The notes under the pieces were generated by a model. That model was not told the origin of the DNA and did not search any database. It worked only from the letters and a program-made list of their open reading frames with translations. From an uncultured Actinomycetota bacterium (lineage in GTDB: Bacteria > Actinomycetota > Actinomycetes > Streptosporangiales > Streptosporangiaceae), in assembly GCA_963749145.1 (NCBI GenBank), contig CAVVLN010000002.1, positions 272,952 to 336,951 on the forward strand: a stretch of DNA of 64,000 nucleotides, in the 5' to 3' direction. Positions 1-8,316 of the stretch are shown piece after piece (within the stretch, counting starts at the first letter, position 1; each line of letters opens with the position of its first letter). Position numbers and translations under genes: made by a program.

Positions 1-1953
1 GCTGTGGCCGGCCACGTCGCCGATCACCAGCCCGGCCCGGCCGGCGCCGAGCGGGAAGATGTCATACCAGTCGCCGCCGACGTGGACGCCGTCGCTGGCC
101 GGCAGGTATCTCACCGCGAGGTCCAGCCTGGGAACGCCAGGCCCGGTGCCGGGCAGCAGGGAACGTTGCAGGGTCTCGGCGATGGTGTGCTCGCGCGCTG
201 AGGTCTCGGCGTGGGTCATCGCGTCGGCGAGGCGCCGGGCGAACTCCTCGGCCACCTTCACGTCGGTCTCGGCGAAGGGGGGCCGGTCGGCGTCGCGGGC
301 CAGGGTGAGCACCCCGACCTGCCGGGGCCCGGCGGTCAGCGGCACGGCCAGCACGCACTCGAGACGCAGGCGGGCGAGGATTCCGCCCAGGTCGGGCGGC
401 AGTCCGCGCCAGTGGGACAGCCGGGCGGCGGCGCCGCGCAGAACCTGGGTGGTCCCGGTGGCAAACGCCACCTGGGTCGCCATCGGGCCGACCGTGGGGA
501 GCCCGAAGGCGCGGAATGCCTCGAGCACCGGAGCCCGCTGCGGATCCCGGTGCGCCAGCGAGGCGGCGTACAGGGTGTCCTGCGTGGTCGGCAGGTACAC
601 GACGCAGTGATCGGCCAGGCCGGGCACCACCAGCTGCGCGGCGTGCTCGAGCAGTTCGTGCCGGTTGCGGGTGGCGGCCGCGAACGCGCCGGCCCGCAGC
701 AGGAACGTGAGCTGCTCCCGGGCGCTGTCCGCCTCGGCACGCGCGGCCTGCTCCCGGGCCAGCAGCTCGGCGCGTTCCTGCTCGGCGCGCTGCCGGGCGG
801 TCAGGTCGACGACGAAGGTCACCCAGCGGAGCGGGTCGCTGTCCACCGCCGCGCCCCCGACCAGCACCGGCACCCGGTGCCCGTCCCGGTGCAGGTACTC
901 CTTCTCGTACGGCTGGAACGCGCCCTTGGCCAGCAGCTGCTCCAACGCGTCCCGGTCGCGGGCGGCCGACTCCGGGGCGGTGATCGACGTGTAGGAGATC
1001 CGCCCGGCCGCCAGGTCCTCCCGGGTGCAGCCGATGATGCCCAGGAACGCGTCGTTGGCGTCATAGGCCCCCTCCTCGGAGGAGACCACCACGCCCAGGA
1101 CGTTGGCCTCGCGCAGCCGGTCCAGCAGGCTGGCGCTCTCCTGCAGCGTCGCCTCCATCCGGCGCTGCCCGGTGAGGTCGGTGCAGATCGAGTAGGCCCG
1201 CTGCGGCCGGCCTTCGCGGTCGCGGGCGTCGGGGACCGCGGTCACCCGCAGCCAGCGCATCTCACCGGTCCGGGCGTGCGGCATCCCCATCACCACGTCG
1301 GCCACCACCTCACCGGTGCGCAGCGCCACTGCTACCGGCAGGTCCTCCGCGCGGTACGGCGAGCCGTCCTCGTGCACCGCCCGCCGGGCGGGCGGCATCG
1401 GCCAGGTGGTCATCGCGGCGTCGTCGAGGCCCATGATGTCGCGCACGGCCGGGTTCGCCCCGATGACCGACCCGTCGGCGCCGTAGTGGATGACGCCCTG
1501 GGGCATCGTCTCGAACAGGGTCCGGTACCGCTCCTCGGTTGCGGCCATCTGCCCGGTCAGCGTCTCCAGCCGGCGCCGGTCGTGAACGTGGGCGGTGACG
1601 TCGGCGGCGTACAGCAGCACCCCGGCCACCGCGCCGCTGGCCTCGCGCACCGGCCGGAACTCGAGGTCGGCGAAGAGCTGCTCGGGGCGCTCGCCTTCCC
1701 CGCGGCGGACCCGGACCTCGTTCTCGCGGCCGCTCATCGGCCGTCCGGTCTGCCAGACCTGGCGGAGAATCTCCAGGCTGGCACCGCCGGATAGCTCGGG
1801 CAGAGCCTCCTGCGGCGGCAGGCCGACGACATCACGGCCGCCGACCAGCCGGCGGTAGGCCTCGTTGGCGAACTCGACGGCCAGATCGGGGCCGGACAGG
1901 TATGCCACGGCCGCGGGCAGGCAGGACAGTAGCTCCCGCGTCAAAGCGGGCAT
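1..1953 (-). CDS. PAS/PAS/GAF sensor-coupled PP2C (SpoIIE-type) serine phosphatase; 3' end runs off the window
   Basis: The reverse frame is open from ATG (complement of 1951-1953) to the window edge. It is absent from the ORF track because there is no stop inside the window. Translation starts MPALTRELLSCLPAAVAYLSGPDLAVEFANEAYRRL. It has PAS-like blocks (RYRTLFETMPQGVIHYGADGSV) and ends at bases 1-80 with the PP2C motif VGGDWYDIFPLGAGRAGLVIGDVAGHS. Confidence 0.85.
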   Translation of the reverse strand, partial: MPALTRELLSCLPAAVAYLSGPDLAVEFANEAYRRLVGGRDVVGLPPQEALPELSGGASLEILRQVWQTGRPMSGRENEVRVRRGEGERPEQLFADLEFRPVREASGAVAGVLLYAADVTAHVHDRRRLETLTGQMAATEERYRTLFETMPQGVIHYGADGSVIGANPAVRDIMGLDDAAMTTWPMPPARRAVHEDGSPYRAEDLPVAVALRTGEVVADVVMGMPHARTGEMRWLRVTAVPDARDREGRPQRAYSICTDLTGQRRMEATLQESASLLDRLREANVLGVVVSSEEGAYDANDAFLGIIGCTREDLAAGRISYTSITAPESAARDRDALEQLLAKGAFQPYEKEYLHRDGHRVPVLVGGAAVDSDPLRWVTFVVDLTARQRAEQERAELLAREQAARAEADSAREQLTFLLRAGAFAAATRNRHELLEHAAQLVVPGLADHCVVYLPTTQDTLYAASLAHRDPQRAPVLEAFRAFGLPTVGPMATQVAFATGTTQVLRGAAARLSHWRGLPPDLGGILARLRLECVLAVPLTAGPRQVGVLTLARDADRPPFAETDVKVAEEFARRLADAMTHAETSAREHTIAETLQRSLLPGTGPGVPRLDLAVRYLPASDGVHVGGDWYDIFPLGAGRAGLVIGDVAGHS

Positions 1954-2369
1954 GCTCGCTGTGCCGCCCCCTCGTGGGACCGGAACCGAGATCTCGTGCA
2001 CCCCCGTGCTGCCCGGTATGGCCACCTGACTTCATGGTAACTTGCCCGGTCCGCCAGCAATAAGCCTCAAGGCGGTATTCGGGGATCGCCCCGGGGACCG
2101 AGCCGGCCTGGACCGAGGTGATCCCGATGCCAGCCATGGCCGCGCCGCCCGCCGCCGCGTCGGCAGGTGCGTTCTGTAAGCAAGTTGACACGGCGCGTAG
2201 ACAGGAAAGAAGGGGGAGGCGCCGTGCCAGTCGGGGGATTTGTCACTCACTAGACCGAGATGACGCGCATTGCGGCGCTTGCGGCTGAGCTTAAGGAGGG
2301 GCCCATGGGGACACCGGAACAGCCGCCGCCGGCACCAGCGCAGCCGGAGCAGCGGCCGCCGAAGCGGGC

Positions 2370-3482
2370 GTGGAACTGGATCGCGATCACCGTCATCGCC
2401 AGCGTGCTCATCCTGGCGGGCGCGGGCCTCGGGGCCGCAGCGCTGGTCAGCAGCCACACCAGCGACTCGCCATCGCCGTCGGCGACACGCAGCCACTCAC
2501 GATCAACAACAACAACTCCAACACGAACAAGAACAGCCATGGCCAGTCGCAGGGGAGCCAGGGCCAGCCGCAGGGGAGCCAGGGCCAGTCGCAGGGCCAG
2601 GGCCAGCCGCAGAGCCAGAGCCAGTCGCAGCAGGGCGGCCAGGGCCAGGCGGTGATCATGCCGTTCGGGCCGGCCTGGAACCAGGGCCCGAACCTGCAGC
2701 AGCACGTCAGGATCGAGATCAACAACCGGATCACGATCGGCGTCAAGGTCTTCTACCAAGGCGGCTGGTACGTACTCACGGGACCGTGCCGCTACAGCCC
2801 GGTCGCGCTGGGCTGCACCGGGCCGTATGTCGGTACCATCCGGCCGCCCGGTTACAGCGGGGGCGAGCCGAAGGCGCCGATGGGATATCGGGGGCACCGG
2901 GGACACCGGGGGTATCCGGTCCACCAGTCGCACCCGGTGCCGCCGCCGCACCAGCCGCCAGGGCCGCCGACGAACCGGCCGTCAGGGCCGCCGACGAACC
3001 GGCCGTCAGGGCCGCCGACGAACCGGCCGTCAGGGCCGCCGACGAACCGGCCGTCAGGGCCGCCGACGAACCGGCCGTCAGGGCCGCCGACGAACCGGCC
3101 GTCAGGGCCGCCGACGCATCAGCCGTCAGGGCCGCCGACGCATCAGCCGTCAGCGCCGCTGGCGCAGCAGCCGCCAACGGGCTTCCTGGTGCCGTCGGTG
3201 CTCGCTCAGTCTGTCGCGAGTGAGCAGACGAGCGAGCTGGCCAGAGCCCCGACCAGTGCTTACAACTCGCCGGACGGCGCCACGGTCACGGTGACCTGCA
3301 CGAGCATCGGCAACAACCAGTTCTCGTGCACCGCCAGCGACTCGGACGGCGACACGGGCGCGGCCGACACCGTGACCGTTGCGGCGGACGGGTCCTCGTG
3401 GAGTGACACCGGGATGACCTGGACCGGGCCGGACGTCACCGGTTCCTACACGACTCCCGCCGTGAGCGGCTACAGCAGCTAA
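2370..3482 (+). CDS. Repetitive Gln/Gly- and Pro-rich surface-type hypothetical protein; the true N-terminus is probably at 2305 in another frame
   Basis: G/C third-position bias is strong in this frame from about 2470 onward. The ORF encodes a GQSQGSQGQPQ tract, eight tandem GPPT(N/H)(R/Q)PS octapeptides and a C-terminal domain (TVTCTSIGNNQFSCTASDSDGD). The upstream frame starts at ATG 2305, preceded by AAGGAGG, and encodes the TM helix WNWIAITVIASVLILAGAGLGAAALV. Confidence 0.6.
   Translation: MELDRDHRHRQRAHPGGRGPRGRSAGQQPHQRLAIAVGDTQPLTINNNNSNTNKNSHGQSQGSQGQPQGSQGQSQGQGQPQSQSQSQQGGQGQAVIMPFGPAWNQGPNLQQHVRIEINNRITIGVKVFYQGGWYVLTGPCRYSPVALGCTGPYVGTIRPPGYSGGEPKAPMGYRGHRGHRGYPVHQSHPVPPPHQPPGPPTNRPSGPPTNRPSGPPTNRPSGPPTNRPSGPPTNRPSGPPTNRPSGPPTHQPSGPPTHQPSAPLAQQPPTGFLVPSVLAQSVASEQTSELARAPTSAYNSPDGATVTVTCTSIGNNQFSCTASDSDGDTGAADTVTVAADGSSWSDTGMTWTGPDVTGSYTTPAVSGYSS
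2541..2649 (+). repeat. Imperfect short GGCCAG-based coding repeat (G-Q-S/P-Q tract)
   Basis: The sequence ggccagtcgcaggggagccagggccagccgcaggggagccagggccagtcgcagggccagggccagccgcag... is read directly and translates to GQSQGSQGQPQGSQGQSQGQGQPQSQSQSQQGGQGQ. Confidence 0.7.
2961..3152 (+). repeat. Eight tandem 24-bp coding repeats
   Basis: There are six identical copies of gggccgccgacgaaccggccgtca (GPPTNRPS). Two copies of gggccgccgacgcatcagccgtca (GPPTHQPS) follow. All copies are head to tail and in frame. Confidence 0.95.
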
Positions 3483-3497
3483 CGAGCGCCATGCTGC

Positions 3498-3728
3498 TTA
3501 TAGCGGGTCACGTAGTTCGTCAGGAATAGGTCCGTCACCGAGAGCGGCCCGGACACCTTGGCTGAGATCCTCAAGCGCCATGTCGAGGGTGTCTCCCACT
3601 CCGTAGGCGCTGACGTTTCCCGGAAGCCCGACCGCCCGGACTCCCCACGGGTACGCGTCCGCCGCGGAGTCAGGATGCGGACGGCTGGGATCGTCGAGAA
3701 TCTCGTACCGGACGTGGATGGTGGTCAT
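3498..3728 (-). CDS. Small hypothetical protein, possibly HicB/UPF0150-like antitoxin fold
   Basis: The inner ATG (complement of 3726-3728) is preceded by GGGAGG. The product MTTIHVRYEILDD...WGVRAVGLPGNVSAYGVGDTLDMALEDLSQGVRAAL fits the HicB-type pattern (PG..G.GDTLEEA...). No HicA partner is seen. Confidence 0.45.
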   Translation of the reverse strand: MTTIHVRYEILDDPSRPHPDSAADAYPWGVRAVGLPGNVSAYGVGDTLDMALEDLSQGVRAALGDGPIPDELRDPL

Positions 3729-3902
3729 CGGCGAGGGCCTCCCTTCGCTTCCCATGATGCCAGACCGCCGCCGGATCGCCCGCTAGCCCGCCAGCGCGCA
3801 GGAGGCGCGCAGGAGATCGTTATGGCTAGAATGCCCGATTCACGCTGCTGGTGAGAGGATGCCGGCGCCCGCCCGGAGCATGCCCCGAAGGGAGAACAGA
3901 GC

Positions 3903-4217
3903 ATGGCTGACTCCTGGATGCTCGACGAGCTCGCCCATGCCGGGGCGGAGCATCTCGATGAAGGCTTCGTCACCGGATACGACCGCAAGCAGGGACACCC
4001 CGACTTCTCGGCCGACGTCGTCGGCCGCTGGCTGGACGGCGCGGCGGAGAACCCCGCGGACGGCTACACCCGCGAGGATTTCGCCGAGCACCTGCGCACC
4101 GAGTTCAGCACCTTCCGCTGGCTGCTCGAGCCCATGCTGGCCGCGACCGGGTTCGACGTCGTGACCAGCGACTTCCGCGGCTCGGTCTACGGCGCGTACA
4201 CCTGCGTCAGGCGCTGA
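3903..4217 (+). CDS. Remnant of a SAM-dependent methyltransferase family protein lacking the Rossmann core (in-frame internal deletion)
   Basis: The 104-aa ORF keeps the family N-terminus (LDELAHAGAEHLDEGFVTGYDRKQGHPD). This is fused directly to the family C-terminus (GRWLDGAAENPADGYTREDFAEHLRTEFSTFRWLLEPMLAATGF...YGAYTCVRR). No GxGxG SAM-binding core lies between them. Confidence 0.55.
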   Translation: MADSWMLDELAHAGAEHLDEGFVTGYDRKQGHPDFSADVVGRWLDGAAENPADGYTREDFAEHLRTEFSTFRWLLEPMLAATGFDVVTSDFRGSVYGAYTCVRR

Positions 4218-4242
4218 CCCCCCCGCCAGGCAGAATGAGCCG

Positions 4243-5502
4243 ATGAGCGAGACAGCGGGCCGCGACAAGATCGTGATCATCGGGGGCGGCCTCGCCGGGG
4301 GCAACGCCGCCGTGACCCTGCGGCAGGAGGGCCACCAGGGCCCGGTAGCGCTGATCAGCCGGGAACCGGGCGTCCCCTTCGGCCGGCCTCCGCTGTCCAA
4401 GACGTACCTGCGGTCGGAGGAGGATCTCGACGGCTGGTACGTCAGGCCGCCCGGCTGGTATGCCGAGCACGATGTCGACCGCCCCGGCCAGGCCAGTGCG
4501 GTCGGCGTTGACACCGCCGGGCGCACGGTGCGGCTGGACTCGGGCCAGGACCTGCGCTACGACAAGCTCCTGATCGCCACCGGAGGACAGAACCACCGGC
4601 TCCAGGTCCCCGGAGCCGGGCTGCCCGGCCTGCACTACCTGCGCACGAAGGCCGACTGCGACGCGATCAAGCGCGAGGCCCGGCCGGGCCGGCGCGCGGT
4701 CGTGGTGGGCATGGGCTTCATCGGCTGCGAGGTGGCGGCCTCCCTGACCCAGCTCGGGGTTCAGGTGACCACCATCTTCCCGGGGAAGGTTCCGCTCCAG
4801 AACGTGCTGGGTGAGCAGGTTGGCACGGTGATCGGCGCCTTCCACCGCGCGAAAGGCGTCACGCTGCTGGCCGGGGAGCAGCTGGCCGCGTTCGAGGGAA
4901 CCGGGCGGCTCGATACGGCCGTGACCGCCAGCGGCGTCCGGGTGGCCTGCGATTTCGCGGTCGCGGGCATCGGGATTGCCCCGGACGTGCCGGCCATGGC
5001 GGGCAGCCCGGCCGCGCAGGACAACGGCCTGCTGGTGGACGAACGGTGCCAGACCACCGCGCCGGACGTCTACGCGGCCGGCGACGTCGCCAACCACCTG
5101 CACCCGCTGTTCGGCCGGGTCCGGGTCGAGCACTACAACAACGCCGAGAAAATGGGCGCCGCGGTGGCCAGGTCCATGCTCGGTTCCACCGCGCCGTACG
5201 ACTACATCCACACCTTCTGGTCCGATCAGTACGAGCACAAGCTGGAGTACGTCGGCCACGCCGCCACCTGGGACGACTTCGTCGTCCGGGGCAGCCTCGA
5301 CGAAGGCAGGCTGATCGGGTTCTACCTGGCCGGCGGGCTGGTGCAGGCCGCCGTCGGGCTCGACCGCGGCGGCGACCCGGAACTGGACCATGACGGGGAG
5401 ATGGCGGCCTGTTCCCGCCTGGTCGCCCGGCGAGCCCGCCCGCCTCGCGGCCAGCTCACCGACGAGCGGACGGACCTGTGGTCGCTGGCGACGGACGCTT
5501 AA
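4243..5502 (+). CDS. FAD-dependent NAD(P)H:ferredoxin (ferredoxin/rubredoxin-type) reductase
   Basis: 419 aa. FAD site KIVIIGGGLAGGNAA, NAD site RAVVVGMGFIGCEVAAS, and the motif YAAGDVA. The C-terminal reductase domain contains FWSDQYEHKLEYVG. Confidence 0.9.
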   Translation: MSETAGRDKIVIIGGGLAGGNAAVTLRQEGHQGPVALISREPGVPFGRPPLSKTYLRSEEDLDGWYVRPPGWYAEHDVDRPGQASAVGVDTAGRTVRLDSGQDLRYDKLLIATGGQNHRLQVPGAGLPGLHYLRTKADCDAIKREARPGRRAVVVGMGFIGCEVAASLTQLGVQVTTIFPGKVPLQNVLGEQVGTVIGAFHRAKGVTLLAGEQLAAFEGTGRLDTAVTASGVRVACDFAVAGIGIAPDVPAMAGSPAAQDNGLLVDERCQTTAPDVYAAGDVANHLHPLFGRVRVEHYNNAEKMGAAVARSMLGSTAPYDYIHTFWSDQYEHKLEYVGHAATWDDFVVRGSLDEGRLIGFYLAGGLVQAAVGLDRGGDPELDHDGEMAACSRLVARRARPPRGQLTDERTDLWSLATDA

Positions 5503-5555
5503 CCCAGCCGGCCGGCCGGACCCGGCCGGATGAGCCTGAAGATCCTGGATGCCGC

Positions 5556-6134
5556 CTAACTGTCGTAGAGCGGTATGCCGGCGCCAGCCGTGATGACGCT
5601 GACCCTGAGCACACCGCCGCCTGGCTTGCCGGGGCACGCCAAGGCCGACAGGAACGTGTCCTGCCCCGTCTTGTGACCGGACAGGTACAAGTCCACCTCC
5701 GCGGTCACCGGGTGCGCGCAGAACGACCCCGCATCCTCCACCGTCAGGCTGACGTGCGCCGTGGCGCGCGGCTGGAGCGTGATCAGCGGGCCGCGGGACG
5801 AGCCGGGCAGGCGGGTACCGACGATGCGGCCGTTGCGCACCGCGGCCACGCCGGGAACGCCCTTGAGCGTGCACGGGTGATGGCCGACGTTGGTGATCTC
5901 CACCTGGTACCCGGCGCCGCCAGCGAAATTGTCGCCGATGCTGGACGACCAGACGAAGGCGCCGCCAGGGAGATTCGGGTGGGCGATACGGCACCGTGCC
6001 GCGACCGATGATGGCGCGCCAGTGGCCTGGCGGGGCGCGTGCGTGGCCGCGAGGGCCGCTGTCACCGGAAGCGAGATCGCCGCGCAGGCCACGGCGGCTA
6101 AGACCCAGCGGCCAGATGAGGTGAACGAAGTCAT
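5556..6134 (-). CDS. Secreted DUF4232-like protein
   Basis: Signal peptide MTSFTSSGRWVLAAVACAAISLPVTAALAA. The Cys-framed beta domain includes GAGYQVEITNVGHHPCTLKGVPGV, typical of DUF4232. Confidence 0.75.
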   Translation of the reverse strand: MTSFTSSGRWVLAAVACAAISLPVTAALAATHAPRQATGAPSSVAARCRIAHPNLPGGAFVWSSSIGDNFAGGAGYQVEITNVGHHPCTLKGVPGVAAVRNGRIVGTRLPGSSRGPLITLQPRATAHVSLTVEDAGSFCAHPVTAEVDLYLSGHKTGQDTFLSALACPGKPGGGVLRVSVITAGAGIPLYDS

Positions 6135-6500
6135 CGGTAGCTCCTCTAGGCAATGGCTGGATTACGACATGTTTTGGGTGTCATGCGGCGCGGCCACCGA
6201 GCCCGGCCCGGCGGCCAGCGAGATCAGCACGACGGGCATGACCAGCCATCGCAGCGCCGCCCACCGCGCCGTCATCGTCCCGGCTGGCATGGCTTCACGC
6301 CCTCTTGTCGCAGGGACCAGCGACCGCGTACGACGCTACTACTCTCAGTAATGTCTCGCTACGTATTGTGAGAGGCTTGCCCGAACGGTGCCCGACTGCT
6401 AGCCCCTCTCCCCTTGTGGCGCCTGACCTGCGGGTGTAGACACATCGGAAGGGTTGCCTTCATAGGGGGGTAAGTCATCAGAGGCATCCTTAGGTCCGCT

Positions 6501-7544
6501 GTGGCCGCTGTCGCCGTCCTTGTCACCGCCTCGGCGTGCACCAGCAGCCACTCCACCACGGGAACCACCCGGGCCCAGGCGGCGCGGGCGGCAGCGGCGC
6601 TGAGCACCGCAGCGAAGGTCCACAAGATCCTGGAAGCCCAAGGCAGCCTGCCCCCGTATAAGGTAGCGGCCAACTTCTGCGTGGCCGGGATCAATAAGGA
6701 CCTCACGGATCAGGCCAAGGACGCGACGATCGACGCGGCCCTGGAGAAGATGGACCCCAAGGGGGGCGCTGCCATCGCCTGGACGCTCTACGGCCTGGCA
6801 GGTGACACGGTGCAAGTAAAAAAGGAATACGCCCACGGCCAGGCGTTCGCCGCCACGTTCGACCTCGGCCAGATCATCTACGCCCTCCTGGCCGAGCTAG
6901 GGGACGTGGCGGGCAAGTACACCAACGACAAGGAGCTGCAGGTCCAGTGGAACCTGTTCGGCCTGATCGGTGAGGGCGCGATCTACTGCACCGAGGCAGC
7001 CTTCTGGCTGGACGGGACCGTGGGCGGCGAGCTGGGCACGGCGATCCGGAACTGGTGGCTGAACAGCCATCCCGCCTACCCCACGCCGTCCGGCCCGCTG
7101 CCGCCGGCCCCGACCCCGCAGCCCCCGCCGACCCCGCAGCAGCCGAACCCGACCTCGCACCCCCCGGCCCCGCCACCGACGCAGCCCACCAGCCCGCCGC
7201 CCACGACGCCCCCGGTGTCCAGCGCCCAGTGCGTGTTCCTAGAGCCAAGTCAAACCTTCTGCTCAAGCTCTGACCCCACGGTAGTCCTTGAGATCAACAA
7301 CGTTGGCGATGATTCAGACTGCACGTTCAGCGACCAGATCGAATGGAGCGATGGATCACCCTTGCAGACCGTTCAGTTCCAAGGTGCCGATAACGTGCCG
7401 GAAGCCATAGCCACACACACTTACGAGAACCCAGGCGGGTACGGGATCAGTGGTAATTTGACCGTAGTGGATGGTGACTGCGCTACACAGCCGGGGGAGT
7501 ACACCTTTGACTATGTGACGGGCGGGGGCGGCGGGGTGGGCTGA
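6501..7544 (+). CDS. Lipoprotein with Pro-rich linker and C-terminal PKD-like beta domain
   Basis: GTG start immediately after a stop. Lipobox-like LVTASAC. Linker PTPQPPPTPQQPNPTSHPPAPPPTQPTSPPPTTPP. The C-terminus (IEWSDGS...THTYENPGGYGISGNLTVVDGD) resembles PKD. Confidence 0.7.
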   Translation: MAAVAVLVTASACTSSHSTTGTTRAQAARAAAALSTAAKVHKILEAQGSLPPYKVAANFCVAGINKDLTDQAKDATIDAALEKMDPKGGAAIAWTLYGLAGDTVQVKKEYAHGQAFAATFDLGQIIYALLAELGDVAGKYTNDKELQVQWNLFGLIGEGAIYCTEAAFWLDGTVGGELGTAIRNWWLNSHPAYPTPSGPLPPAPTPQPPPTPQQPNPTSHPPAPPPTQPTSPPPTTPPVSSAQCVFLEPSQTFCSSSDPTVVLEINNVGDDSDCTFSDQIEWSDGSPLQTVQFQGADNVPEAIATHTYENPGGYGISGNLTVVDGDCATQPGEYTFDYVTGGGGGVG

Positions 7545-7593
7545 TGAGCGACCGGCAGCAGGTAGGCCAGCGTTAGGCGCTGACCTGGTCCGG

Positions 7594-8316
7594 TCAGGCG
7601 TTCGAGAACAGGGGGATGTTCGCCCCGCTGGCCGGGGCGAGCGGGCTGTCCAGCAGCGCGAGGATCAGCGTCGCGACGTCGGCCGGGGTCAGGCCGGGGC
7701 GAAGGTCGGGATTGGCCCGGCGCAGCATCTCGGTGTCGACCGCGCCCGGGCTCACGCAGATCGCGCTGATGCCGTGCGGCCGGCCCTCCACGGCGATCGC
7801 CTCGGTGAGCCCGATCACCCCGTACTTGGACACGTTGTACGCGGCCAGCCCGGGGAACTTCTCGGTGGCGTAGACGCCGGACAGCGAGCCGATGTTCACG
7901 ATCCGTCCCTCGCCCGCCGGGCGCATGGCGGTGAAGGCCGCGCGGCAGCACAGGAACGAGCCGGTCAGGTTGACCCGCAGCGTCTCGTCCCAGACCTGCG
8001 GCGTGGTCTCGGCGAACGGCACCGACGTCAGCACGGCGGCCGCGCAGACCAGCGCGGCCACGACGCCCGCCTCCGCGGCGGCGGCAAACAGGCGCTCGAC
8101 ATCGCCGGCCTGGCTCACGTCCGCCGGCACCGGCGTGGCCTGGCCGCCCGCGTCCCGGATGCGCCCGGCGACGGCGGCCAGAGCGCCGCGGTCACGCGCC
8201 GCGAGCACGACGTGCGCACCGGCCGCGGCCAGGGCCTGCGCGGTGGCGGCTCCGATGCCGCGGCTGGCGCCGGTGACCACCGCCACCCGCCCGCGCCAGC
8301 CAGTGCCCCCGGTCAC
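7594..8316 (-). CDS. Classical short-chain dehydrogenase/reductase (SDR)
   Basis: Cofactor motif VTGASRGIG and catalytic motif YNVSK. 240 aa. The ATGA overlap with the upstream GT gene is at 8313-8316. Confidence 0.9.
   Translation of the reverse strand: MTGGTGWRGRVAVVTGASRGIGAATAQALAAAGAHVVLAARDRGALAAVAGRIRDAGGQATPVPADVSQAGDVERLFAAAAEAGVVAALVCAAAVLTSVPFAETTPQVWDETLRVNLTGSFLCCRAAFTAMRPAGEGRIVNIGSLSGVYATEKFPGLAAYNVSKYGVIGLTEAIAVEGRPHGISAICVSPGAVDTEMLRRANPDLRPGLTPADVATLILALLDSPLAPASGANIPLFSNA

Noticed and set aside
211-1794. 527-aa plus-strand ORF, together with similar long ORFs at 4207-6153(-), 10622-13747(-), 36942-38510(-), 37046-39610(+), 44700-45977(-), 50092-51855(-), 55286-56530(+), 59421-61544(+) and 62058-63947(-)
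   Set aside because: These are Arg/Gly/Pro/His-rich translations with no recognisable domains. They lie antisense to, or out of frame with, genes that have clear motifs and the expected G/C third-position bias. Such shadow ORFs are typical of high-GC DNA.
2185-2215. TTGACA hexamer upstream of the repeat-protein gene as a -35 element
   Set aside because: No acceptable -10 hexamer lies at 16-18 bp spacing. The evidence is too weak to call a promoter.
2961-3152. Possible CRISPR-like array
   Set aside because: The units are directly adjacent with no spacers. They are in frame and encode a Pro-rich octapeptide inside an ORF. No cas genes are present.
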